From contig JAZQKU010000060.1 of the NCBI GenBank assembly GCA_045542315.1, positions 1-59,622 on the forward strand: a DNA stretch of 59,622 nucleotides, given 5' to 3'. The notes below the pieces were generated by a model that was not told where the DNA came from, did no database searches, and saw nothing but the letters and a program-made list of their open reading frames with translations. The translations under genes were made by a program, and so were the position numbers. Origin of the DNA: Eubacteriales bacterium (GTDB taxonomy: Bacteria > Bacillota > Clostridia > Oscillospirales > RGIG5299). Of this stretch, positions 39,455 to 47,688 are shown piece by piece (the first letter of the stretch is position 1; each line of letters opens with the position of its first letter).

Positions 39455-40543
39455 TTACTCCTTTTCCTCAAGCTGCTTCCTTTTGGCGCGCCTTACGCGA
39501 TTGATGTGCCGCTCGAAATCACCGTTGTTTATAAGCTCGGTAAGCACGTACTGAATAAAGGTCGGTACCGTGCAGGAATAAAAGCCGAGCTTCTCCTCAA
39601 ACTCCTTTACAAGATGAAGCGGCAGCACCATATATCCCACACGAAGCGACGGCGAAATAGTAATTGAAAAGGTATTTAAATATATAACGTTATCCTTTTC
39701 CGAAAGGGAAAAGAGAGTTTCAACCGGCTTTGCCGAAACGGAAAACTCCGATTCGAAATCGTCCTCAATGATATAGCGCCCGCTTTTGCTTGCCCAACGG
39801 ATATATTCGTGACGCTTTGAGGCGCTCGCGGTAACACCGCTCGGGTAGCTTCTGAAGGGTGTTGTGTGTAAAACACTCGCACGTGTTTTTGAAAGGGCGC
39901 CGCTTTCGATTCCCTCCCTTGTAAGCGGAAGCGACTCGTAAGCTATATCCTCCGCTCTGTATACCTGCTCGATTTTTTTGTAGGAGGGTGCCTCAATGGC
40001 GTAGATCCGCTGTCTCCCCAAAAGCTCAACGATAAGACCGTATAAATACTCCGAGCCGGAGCCTATAACTATTTGCTCTGTGGTTACGTGAAGCGCTCTG
40101 TTTCTGGCAAGATAGCGCCGTAACGCCTCGCGGAGCGCTACAACACCGCGGTTGGGCGATTTTTCAAGAAGACTGTCGCCCTGATCGGTAACCACCCTTC
40201 TCATCGTCTTGCTGATTACCGAAAGGGGAAAGTCGGGACGGCTTTTTTCAACCTGCCTCACGCTATGCTCTGTGTGGCGCTCTTCCACGGCGGCAAAGCC
40301 GTCGGTCTGCCTGAAAATAACCACAAATCCGCTTCGCTCTCTTGCTTCGACGTATCCCTCGTCACAAAGAAGGGCGTAGGCATGCTCAACCGTAACGGTG
40401 CTGACGCCAACCTCCTCGGCAAGACTTCTCTTTGAGGGGAGCTTTGAATTATATGGGTAGTTTTCGGCAATTATATCCTCCCTTATCTGCCTGTAAAGCT
40501 GAAGATAGACGGGACGCTTTTCTTTATCGACTGTATAGTTCAT
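39455..40543 (-). CDS. MocR/PdxR-family GntR regulator with PLP aminotransferase-like domain
   Basis: KLPSKRSLAEEVGVSTVTVEHAY HTH, IIEDDFESEF, PSLRVGY. Confidence 0.9.
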   Translation of the reverse strand: MNYTVDKEKRPVYLQLYRQIREDIIAENYPYNSKLPSKRSLAEEVGVSTVTVEHAYALLCDEGYVEARERSGFVVIFRQTDGFAAVEERHTEHSVRQVEKSRPDFPLSVISKTMRRVVTDQGDSLLEKSPNRGVVALREALRRYLARNRALHVTTEQIVIGSGSEYLYGLIVELLGRQRIYAIEAPSYKKIEQVYRAEDIAYESLPLTREGIESGALSKTRASVLHTTPFRSYPSGVTASASKRHEYIRWASKSGRYIIEDDFESEFSVSAKPVETLFSLSEKDNVIYLNTFSITISPSLRVGYMVLPLHLVKEFEEKLGFYSCTVPTFIQYVLTELINNGDFERHINRVRRAKRKQLEEKE

Positions 40544-40591
40544 CTGGTTATATAAAATACTCCTTAATTGGTGATTGTTATATTATCAGAT
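40542..40591. promoter_or_regulatory. Candidate MocR/PdxR operator (inverted repeat)
   Basis: ATCTGGTTATATAA (40542-40555) vs TTATATTATCAGAT (40578-40591), 12/14 inverted match. Confidence 0.5.
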
Positions 40592-40636
40592 TTATTATAC
40601 ACTATTTAAGTAAAAAAGTAAAGGAGTAAATTTAAA

Positions 40637-41137
40637 ATGCAATCCAAAACAAAAAAGATAGTAATAGCGGCTTTGATTGCCGCACTTGCCTGCGTGGCAA
40701 CAATGATAATCAAGATACCCTCACCGTTAAAGGGCTATATCAACCTCGGCGACTGTATAGTACTTACAGCGGGCTGGATGCTTTCACCCGCCTACGGCTT
40801 CCTTGCCGCGGGAATAGGCTCGGCACTTGCCGACGTTTTCTCGGGATATCTGGTCTATGCTCCCGTAACCTTTGCCATAAAGGGTGCAATGGCGATTATC
40901 GCATTTTACGGCTTTAAGCTTTTAAACAAAAAATCTCCCGATCTTCTTTCAAAAATAATAAGCGGCCTCCTTGCCGAAACATTGATGATAGCGGGATATT
41001 ACCTCTTCGAGGGCTTCCTCTACGGCTTCGGAGCGTCGCTTGTAAATATCCCCGCAAATGCGGTTCAGGGTGTTGCGGGACTGATATTCGGCATAATCCT
41101 CATCAAGATCTTTGAAAAAAGCAAAATAGCGAAATAA
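40637..41137 (+). CDS. ECF transporter S component, probably vitamin B6
   Basis: GYINLGD, GIGSALAD, TFAIKG; divergent from a MocR regulator. Confidence 0.82.
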   Translation: MQSKTKKIVIAALIAALACVATMIIKIPSPLKGYINLGDCIVLTAGWMLSPAYGFLAAGIGSALADVFSGYLVYAPVTFAIKGAMAIIAFYGFKLLNKKSPDLLSKIISGLLAETLMIAGYYLFEGFLYGFGASLVNIPANAVQGVAGLIFGIILIKIFEKSKIAK

Positions 41138-41492
41138 AAAGATCCGCGGTGAATGGCGTTGTGTTCCTAAGGACACAACTCCAACTCTATTCGCCTGCGG
41201 CGAGTTATATTGCTACGCAGTGGTATTCGGCTTGCGCCGAGTGATATTCGCTTCGCGAGTTTATTGGGGGCGAATAGAATATAACTGCTCTGCTTGCAGA
41301 GCAATATCACTTTTGCACAGCAAAAATATCACGCTGTCGAAGACAGCATATCACTAAAAACTGTCAGGAAATGCGCACTTACTCACCATTGTATGTGTCA
41401 GCGCAACAGAAAAGAGCCGATACGGAATAAACTCCATATCGGCTTTTTTCATTGTCCTTTAGCACCCGAGGCTATTTCACCGCGGATCTTTT
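41137..41492. mobile_element. Putative non-autonomous element bounded by a long inverted repeat
   Basis: AAAAGATCCGCGGTGAA (41137-41153) vs TTCACCGCGGATCTTTT (41476-41492); internal hairpin array; no credible ORF. Confidence 0.45.
41187..41355. repeat. REP-like array of short palindromes joined by AGTGATATT/AATATCACT linkers
   Basis: Four hairpins in one orientation, three in the opposite. Confidence 0.75.
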
Positions 41493-41509
41493 ATTTTATC
41501 TTGCAATAT

Positions 41510-41571
41510 GAAAAAATTTATGATAAAATAAAAACAGAAAGTGAGGAATTAAAAATGAAATGTAACAACTG
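41510..41571 (+). repeat. 62-bp direct repeat, copy 1 (-10, RBS, first codons)
   Basis: Identical to 42326-42387. Confidence 0.9.
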
Positions 41572-42271
41572 CACAAACGAAGCAGAGAAAAAAGTGCTAA
41601 ATGCGCTTAAAAGTCCCTTGTTTTTTGCAATTACCATTTTGCTCACTGTCTTTGCGGCATTCAGGCTTTTGTCAGGTAAATTTTCTGTTATAGCTATATT
41701 GTTGGCGATTTTTGCGTGGATAGTATATTTAAGAGCAACAAAGGATATTTGCGATGTTAAAAATTTAAGAGTTTTAAGCGGTGTAATTTTTGCCGATTTC
41801 ATTAAAGGATTGGTTGGTTCTGTCATTCGTGCCATAACAGGCGTATTTATAATAATATCAAAGGACGCTCTTTTACAAAATTCCGAATTCCTGAATTATG
41901 TAAAAGAAGCTATGGAAACGAATGGAGGAAACTTTATTTTTGACAATTTGGAAATTGCAGTTGAGATAATTAGTGTATTGTATTTGATTTTCTGTATATT
42001 CGAGATTCTTATAAATCTGTTTGGCGTAAAATCTATTCATAGCTTTGTGAAATCTGTTTATAAGGGAGTAGAATCGGGAAAAATTGAAATTAAAAAAAGA
42101 AAAACCGCACAAGTTTGGCTTATGATATTCGGAATAATTTCTGCAATTGGTGCGTTAGCGACACTTATTACAACCGGATTCAGTGACTTTATTGGTTTTA
42201 TTGAACCGGGCGCATTTGCCGCAACTTGCATCTGCCTTTCCGTTTTTATCAAAAAGAATTTCAATAAATAA
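41555..42271 (+). CDS. Hypothetical membrane protein, paralog of 42371-43234
   Basis: Start MKCNNC with GAGG RBS; shared KSPLF, NLR.LSGV.FA, KS.YKGVE.G, WLM.FG, IKKNF. Confidence 0.8.
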   Translation: MKCNNCTNEAEKKVLNALKSPLFFAITILLTVFAAFRLLSGKFSVIAILLAIFAWIVYLRATKDICDVKNLRVLSGVIFADFIKGLVGSVIRAITGVFIIISKDALLQNSEFLNYVKEAMETNGGNFIFDNLEIAVEIISVLYLIFCIFEILINLFGVKSIHSFVKSVYKGVESGKIEIKKRKTAQVWLMIFGIISAIGALATLITTGFSDFIGFIEPGAFAATCICLSVFIKKNFNK

Positions 42272-42278
42272 ATATCCC

Positions 42279-42311
42279 AATCCCCGTCTTTTCAATAAGA
42301 CGGGGATTTTT
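42279..42311 (+). terminator. Intrinsic terminator
   Basis: AATCCCCGTCTT ttcaat AAGACGGGGATT followed by T run. Confidence 0.75.
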
Positions 42312-42325
42312 ATGTCTTTACAAAC

Positions 42326-42387
42326 GAAAAAATTTATGATAAAATAAAAACAGAAAGTGAGGAATTAAAAATGAAATGTAACAACTG
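42326..42387 (+). repeat. 62-bp direct repeat, copy 2
   Basis: Identical to 41510-41571. Confidence 0.9.
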
Positions 42388-43234
42388 TGGCTATGAAGAA
42401 GCTTCAAGCTTCAATTTCTGTCCCAAATGCGGAGCTCTCGCTCCAAAGGAGGAAGCACCCGCTTCGGAAGCGGCACCTGCTCCCACGGCAACCTCGTCTC
42501 CCTTCGTAACTCCAAAGCCCGTAAACGCGGCTGCACAAAAGGCTTTAACGGCAGTTAAAAGCCCGCTGTTTCTTGCTCTTTGCATTCTCGTTTCCGCTTC
42601 AACCGCGCTGGGAATGATAACAGGCGGTTTTAACGTTCTCGGCATTCTGGCAACCATTTTCCTTTGGCTTAGCTATGCCGCTGCCGTTAAAAACGAGTGC
42701 AGTGTCAGCAATCTCCGCTGCTTAAGCGGCGTCACCTTTGCAAACTTTGTAATACAGCAGGTGGTATACGCAATTTTTATATTTGTCGGCGCAATCGGTG
42801 CTTTCGCGTTTGCGATCGCCGGCGCAAGCTCCGAAATGTATGATAAAATAATCGAGGCTGTGGAGTTTGATGCTGCTACAGCGGAAATTATTGCGGCTAT
42901 GCAGGCTGCCGGAATTGGATTTTCCTTCTTTTTCATTTTGTTTTTTGCAATTTTTGCAATCGTCGGCATTGTCGGAACCGTAATCAACATTTTTAGCTGG
43001 AAAAAGATCCATAACTTCACAAAATCCCTTTATAAGGGTGTTGAAAATGGCGAGCTCGAGCTTAAAAGCACAGGCGCCGCAACCGCATGGCTTATGGTAT
43101 TCGGCGTGCTTAACGCGATCTCTGCGGTATTCTCGATCGGAGGTCAGGATATAATCCTTACCTTCCTTGCAACAGGCTCAACCGCCGCAGCACTGATAAT
43201 CGCTTCAATACTTATCAAAAAGAACTTCAAATAA
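42371..43234 (+). CDS. Zinc-ribbon membrane protein
   Basis: CNNCG...FCPKCG, Pro/Ala linker, about 6 TM. Confidence 0.8.
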   Translation: MKCNNCGYEEASSFNFCPKCGALAPKEEAPASEAAPAPTATSSPFVTPKPVNAAAQKALTAVKSPLFLALCILVSASTALGMITGGFNVLGILATIFLWLSYAAAVKNECSVSNLRCLSGVTFANFVIQQVVYAIFIFVGAIGAFAFAIAGASSEMYDKIIEAVEFDAATAEIIAAMQAAGIGFSFFFILFFAIFAIVGIVGTVINIFSWKKIHNFTKSLYKGVENGELELKSTGAATAWLMVFGVLNAISAVFSIGGQDIILTFLATGSTAAALIIASILIKKNFK

Positions 43235-43244
43235 TAACTGTCAA

Positions 43245-43281
43245 TAAAAATCCGCGGTGAATTTCACCGCGGATTTTTTTA
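43245..43281. terminator. Bidirectional terminator
   Basis: AAAAATCCGCGGTGAA t TTCACCGCGGATTTTT. Confidence 0.75.
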
Positions 43282-43294
43282 TTGTAATTTAAAG

Positions 43295-43936
43295 TTATTT
43301 CGTTCCGAAAATTCTGTCGCCCGCATCTCCCAAGCCGGGAAGAATGTAGCCGTGCTCGTTTAAGCATCTGTCGAGAGTGGAAACGTAGATCTTTACGTCG
43401 GGATGAGCCTCTGCTACTCTTTCAATGCCCTCGGGAGCGCCGATAATAGCCATAAAACGGATATTGGTGCAGCCGCGCTTTTTGAGCATCGAAATAGCGT
43501 CGCAGGCGCTTCCGCCTGTTGCGAGCATCGGGTCAACGAGCAAAACGAGCTTGTCCTCAATGCCCTCGGGGAGCTTGCAGTAGTATTCGCAGGGCTCGAG
43601 AGTCTCCTCGTTTCTGTAAAGACCGATATGACCGACCTTTGCCGAGGGGAAGAGAACGTGAATACCGTTTACCATACCGAGACCTGCTCGCAAAATGGGA
43701 ACGATGGCGATGGAATTGTCCTTTACAACGGTCTGGGTGCAGACCTCAAGGGGAGTTTTAACCTCTTTTTCAACCATCGGGACGCCTTCCTTAAGGCATT
43801 CGTAGGTCATAAGAGTAGTAATCTCCTCAATAAGCTCGCGAAATTCCTTCATGCTCGTTTTCTCGTCACGAAGAATTGCGATCTTATGGTTAATAAGAGG
43901 ATGATTAAAGATAGTAACGTTTGAAAACTCTTTCAT
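43295..43936 (-). CDS. upp: Uracil phosphoribosyltransferase
   Basis: PILRAGLGM, DPMLATGGS, GYILPGLGDAGDRIFGTK. Confidence 0.97.
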   Translation of the reverse strand: MKEFSNVTIFNHPLINHKIAILRDEKTSMKEFRELIEEITTLMTYECLKEGVPMVEKEVKTPLEVCTQTVVKDNSIAIVPILRAGLGMVNGIHVLFPSAKVGHIGLYRNEETLEPCEYYCKLPEGIEDKLVLLVDPMLATGGSACDAISMLKKRGCTNIRFMAIIGAPEGIERVAEAHPDVKIYVSTLDRCLNEHGYILPGLGDAGDRIFGTK

Positions 43937-43940
43937 TTAA

Positions 43941-45341
43941 TTATTTCTCCTCGGAGCCGCTCTTCTTGAACCTGGTAAGAACGATGTTGGTGATGATACC
44001 GAGAATAAGAGCGCAAGCGATGGTGGTGATGGTGATATCTCCGAAGGAAAGAGTAAGACCGCCGATACCGGGGATAAGGATAGATGAAACGACGAAGAGG
44101 TTTGCATTATCGTTAAGATCAACCTGCTGGATCATCTTAAGACCGGAAACAGCGATGAAGCCGTAAAGTGCTACGCAAACGCCGCCCATTACGCAGTTGG
44201 GAATGGAGGCAAGGAAGGTAACGAAGGGACCGAAGAAGGAGATGACGATAGCCATGATAGCGGTGGTGGTGATGGTGATTACCGATGCGTTTCTGGTAAT
44301 TGCAACGCAGCCTACCGATTCACCGTAGGTGGTGTTGGGGCAACCGCCGAACAATGCGCCTGCGGCAGAACCGATACCGTCGCCGAGCAAGGTGCGATGC
44401 AAGCCGGGCTCTGCAAGAAGGTCGCTGTCAATGATGGAGGAGAGGTTTTTGTGGTCGGCAATATGCTCTGCAAAAACAACGAATGCAACGGGAATGTAGG
44501 CAACTGCAATGGTTGCGATGAAGGAGCCGTCGATTTCCTTAACTCCCTTTATAGCCTCAATGAAGGTGAAATCGGGCACTGCAAAGATAGTCATATCCTT
44601 GAATGCGGAGAAGTTGATGACCTGAAGAGCAACGTTATCGGTAGCAATACCGATTACGGTGAAGATGGAGGCAACAACGTAGCCTGCGAGAATGCCGAGA
44701 ATGAAGGGGATAAGCTTTGCCATCTTTTTGCCGTAAACGGAAAATGCGAAAACAGCAAAAAGGGTAACAAGACCGCAAATAAGAGCAACGTAGGGGCTGC
44801 AGCCGGAAACCATGGAGATCTTATCGACGATCGCGCCGTTTTCGATTACCTGCTCAACCTTTTCAACCAAAACCTTGCCTGCGGAAAGGTCGTTGACCGC
44901 ATTGACTGCGAGAGAAAGACCGATAAGAGCAACGGTAGGACCGATAACAACGGTGGGCATAAGCTTGTTTATCCAGTTAACGCCCGCAAACTTAACGATG
45001 AGAGCTATAACCACGTAAACAAGACCTGCAAATGCTGCACCGATGATAAGGCCGAGATATCCCGCAGAAGCGGAAGCGGCGCCGCCGAAAGCGGCAAACA
45101 TAGAGCCTATAAAGGCAAATGAGGAACCGAGGAAAACGGGGCTCTTGAATTTGGTAAAGAGCTGATAAACGAGGGTACCGATACCTGCGCCGAAGAGTGC
45201 GGCGGACTGGCTCATACCGTTACCGATGATGGCGGGAACCGCAATGGTTGCCGCAAGAATGGCAAGCACCTGCTGGAAAGCAAAGATGAGCAAGCTGCCG
45301 AATTTGGGTTTGTCCTTGATGTCATAGACAAGGTTTTTCAT
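43941..45341 (-). CDS. uraA: Uracil permease (NCS2)
   Basis: PVFLGSSFAF, EHIAD, PNTTYGE; adjacent to upp. Confidence 0.9.
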   Translation of the reverse strand: MKNLVYDIKDKPKFGSLLIFAFQQVLAILAATIAVPAIIGNGMSQSAALFGAGIGTLVYQLFTKFKSPVFLGSSFAFIGSMFAAFGGAASASAGYLGLIIGAAFAGLVYVVIALIVKFAGVNWINKLMPTVVIGPTVALIGLSLAVNAVNDLSAGKVLVEKVEQVIENGAIVDKISMVSGCSPYVALICGLVTLFAVFAFSVYGKKMAKLIPFILGILAGYVVASIFTVIGIATDNVALQVINFSAFKDMTIFAVPDFTFIEAIKGVKEIDGSFIATIAVAYIPVAFVVFAEHIADHKNLSSIIDSDLLAEPGLHRTLLGDGIGSAAGALFGGCPNTTYGESVGCVAITRNASVITITTTAIMAIVISFFGPFVTFLASIPNCVMGGVCVALYGFIAVSGLKMIQQVDLNDNANLFVVSSILIPGIGGLTLSFGDITITTIACALILGIITNIVLTRFKKSGSEEK

Positions 45342-45458
45342 GTTTGACCTCCGATATTATTTTTTTCGTCAAAAAACACAGTTTTTCGACCCATTAGAAA
45401 TATTTTATCATATATTAAACTCTGTTTCAAGAAGAATTTTAATAATTTGTAAAAAAAT

Positions 45459-45484
45459 TACGGCGCCCGAAATCGGACGCCGTA
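45459..45484 (-). terminator. Intrinsic terminator
   Basis: TACGGCGCCCGA aa TCGGACGCCGTA with T run on the minus strand. Confidence 0.65.
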
Positions 45485-45492
45485 TAATACCT

Positions 45493-45720
45493 TTATATTC
45501 CCGATTTTTCTCTTGCTTCCTTCCAAAAGGAAACATAACCGCCCTTGTCGCTATCATGGAAAATGCCGGTACCAAGCGCCATAAACGGCATTCCCTCAAG
45601 ACTTGCTCCGAAATCGGTAAGCGAAAGCGCCTCGGCAAAAACGTCAACACCCTTCGGCGCGCAGGAAGACGCGCCAAAAAGTAGCGCCGCCGCAATAAAA
45701 ATACAAGCTAACCTTTTCAT
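45493..45720 (-). CDS. Small putative lipoprotein
   Basis: MKR + hydrophobic core + GASS-C; GGAGG RBS; followed by a terminator. Confidence 0.55.
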   Translation of the reverse strand: MKRLACIFIAAALLFGASSCAPKGVDVFAEALSLTDFGASLEGMPFMALGTGIFHDSDKGGYVSFWKEAREKSGI

Positions 45721-45726
45721 TTTAAC

Positions 45727-46317
45727 TTATTCCTCCCTGAGGTTTCCCTTTAAAACGTTTTTCTCAATAATCCCCTTGGTAAGCTCCCAAAGCTCCTTCG
45801 AGCCCTTTTCGGTGCGACTTTGACGTGCCGTCACCTGTGCTTTTTTCACACCGTGAATCTTCCAATCGCCGCCGTTATTTGAATCGTTAAGCAAAAGCGG
45901 CTGTAAATTATCCATAGCCTTTGCGAATTTTGCCTCGGGTGTAACGCCTTCCTCAAACTCGTAAAAAAGAGAACGGAGCTCGTCGCGCTGGTCCTTCGGA
46001 AGAAGCCCGAAAATGCGCTTTGCCGCCTTTTCCTCTCTCTCGCTCTGACTTTTAAGCGCCATATCGTCGTAAGCATAGGTATCACCTGCGTCGATTTCCA
46101 CAACGTCGTGGATAAGCGCCATCATCATAGCTTTTCCAACGTCAAACCCCTCGTTTGCATATTCCTTTAAAAGCCATATCATAACTGCCATGTGCCATGC
46201 GTGCTCCGCGTCGTTTTCATACCGTGAAAAGCCGCTTATATGAGTCTGCCTGAAGACACTTTTTTCTTTATCTATCTCAAGTATAAATTCAAGCTGTTGC
46301 TTTAATCTTTCATTCAT
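45727..46317 (-). CDS. HD-domain hydrolase
   Basis: ENDAEHAWH, LIHDVVEIDAGDT, DNLQP; start 46317 by GGAGG RBS. Confidence 0.88.
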   Translation of the reverse strand: MNERLKQQLEFILEIDKEKSVFRQTHISGFSRYENDAEHAWHMAVMIWLLKEYANEGFDVGKAMMMALIHDVVEIDAGDTYAYDDMALKSQSEREEKAAKRIFGLLPKDQRDELRSLFYEFEEGVTPEAKFAKAMDNLQPLLLNDSNNGGDWKIHGVKKAQVTARQSRTEKGSKELWELTKGIIEKNVLKGNLREE

Positions 46318-46446
46318 AGAAAAAGCCTCCGCCCGTTTTGTTTTTTGGTAGTATAACACAAAAGAGCGGAGGTTGTCAATAACAGACCGATTTAACGGAC
46401 AAAAATCAATGTATAATAATGTTATAAAATATAAGGAGGGTAAAAA

Positions 46447-46623
46447 ATGAAACAGACCGACAACGAGATTGATGCTTTATTCGAGCGTTTAAGCCCTGAA
46501 GCAGCCCACGAGATCGACTGTCAGGGGGTGCCGACGTTGAAGAAAAGGGCAAAAGCGATTTCTCGCAAAAAGAAAATTGTGAAAAATACAGAATATACCC
46601 AAACTATCGCCGAAAAAAAGTAA
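46447..46623 (+). CDS. Small basic hypothetical protein (58 aa), not in the ORF track
   Basis: AAGGAGGG RBS, upstream TATAAT, downstream hairpin. Confidence 0.55.
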   Translation: MKQTDNEIDALFERLSPEAAHEIDCQGVPTLKKRAKAISRKKKIVKNTEYTQTIAEKK

Positions 46624-46650
46624 AATAAAAAATATTCCGACAAAACAAAG

Positions 46651-46679
46651 TTGAAGCCTTGCAGTACGCAAGGCTTCAA
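46651..46679. terminator. Hairpin between convergent genes
   Basis: TTGAAGCCTTGC agtac GCAAGGCTTCAA. Confidence 0.6.
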
Positions 46680-46685
46680 TCGTTT

Positions 46686-47237
46686 TTATAAAATATCCTT
46701 CTTAAAACAGATAGCTTCAATTTCACCGTTTGGGGTGATCAAAAGCTCTCCCTCTTTAAGAGAAGCATCAACGGTGGCTATTGAAAAATTATTCATCGTA
46801 ATTCCGCCGGTATGCGAGGAACCGTTTGCAAGGGTAAGAGAGAAGCTCATAAAAACTCTTGCATTTTCGTTTTCACCTGCCGCCGAAAAGCTTAAGGCAA
46901 CAGAGGTAACGTTTTTGAAAATGTTGTCTTGCCCTCCGGTACGAAAAATAAATTCGTTATTTTCGTTATAGAAAAAAGAAGCTCCGACAGACTCGTTTTT
47001 CACTTCATCAACCGTTTTTTGCTCCACTCCGTCTGCGGAAGGCAGGTCGCGAAGCACAAGACTTTGGAAAAGATTGATGTCAATACTGCTGTCTGCGGCG
47101 GCATAACCGTTTGAATAAAGCTTTTCTCCGGAAACGAGAAGTGCGACCACGGCGCCGGAAAGCATTACCAAAATAGCGCAACAGGCAATCAGTTCGGTGA
47201 GGGTGAACCCTTTTTTACTCTTCTTCGGCATCATCAT
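46686..47237 (-). CDS. Type IV minor pilin (PilW-like)
   Basis: Class III signal KKG/FTLTEL + hydrophobic helix. Confidence 0.8.
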   Translation of the reverse strand: MMMPKKSKKGFTLTELIACCAILVMLSGAVVALLVSGEKLYSNGYAAADSSIDINLFQSLVLRDLPSADGVEQKTVDEVKNESVGASFFYNENNEFIFRTGGQDNIFKNVTSVALSFSAAGENENARVFMSFSLTLANGSSHTGGITMNNFSIATVDASLKEGELLITPNGEIEAICFKKDIL

Positions 47238-47688
47238 AGTTAAACGCCCCCTGTGTGTTAGATGCATAGCCCTTGACTGTGACGTCACCGTAGGACAAGG
47301 TTATTTTCCAGCCGCGCAAGACTGTTTTGTTCTCCGTTGCGGAAATTACGTAAAAATCCTCCTCAAAGGAGATGCTGTCTTCTTCAAGCTCAAGGCGTGT
47401 TAAAAGCTTCTCAACTTCGATCTCAAACTCCTTAAAACCGTCGCCGTCATTGTCGGATGAAGTAACGTAACCTGCCTCGGTGCCGCCGGAAAGAAGGGTA
47501 ATGGCAGTATCGAGCTTTTGGTTTGCGGCACTTACCGCAAACGCTCTTTCGTAGTTATCGTCAATGGAATTGTTTGCCGAAATGAGAAGGGAAAGCACTC
47601 CGGTTGCAAAAAATGCCAAAATAACAGTACCGAAAACAACCTCTACAAGCGTTACGCCGCGCTTATTTTTCGAAGAAAAGATTTTCAT
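47215..47688 (-). CDS. Type IV minor pilin (PilV-like)
   Basis: KRG/VTLVEV + hydrophobic helix. Confidence 0.8.
   Translation of the reverse strand: MKIFSSKNKRGVTLVEVVFGTVILAFFATGVLSLLISANNSIDDNYERAFAVSAANQKLDTAITLLSGGTEAGYVTSSDNDGDGFKEFEIEVEKLLTRLELEEDSISFEEDFYVISATENKTVLRGWKITLSYGDVTVKGYASNTQGAFNYDDAEEE

Noticed and set aside
41187..41355. CRISPR array
   Set aside because: The constant part is only about 9 nt, the variable parts are 7-16-nt palindromes, orientation flips midway, and no cas genes are present.
41294..41554. N-terminal extension of the 325-aa ORF
   Set aside because: Runs through the repeat array and hairpins; the RBS and the paralog support a start at 41555.
45342..45457. 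PyrR attenuator upstream of uraA-upp (also checked before pyrC)
   Set aside because: No PyrR binding-loop motif or leader terminator found.
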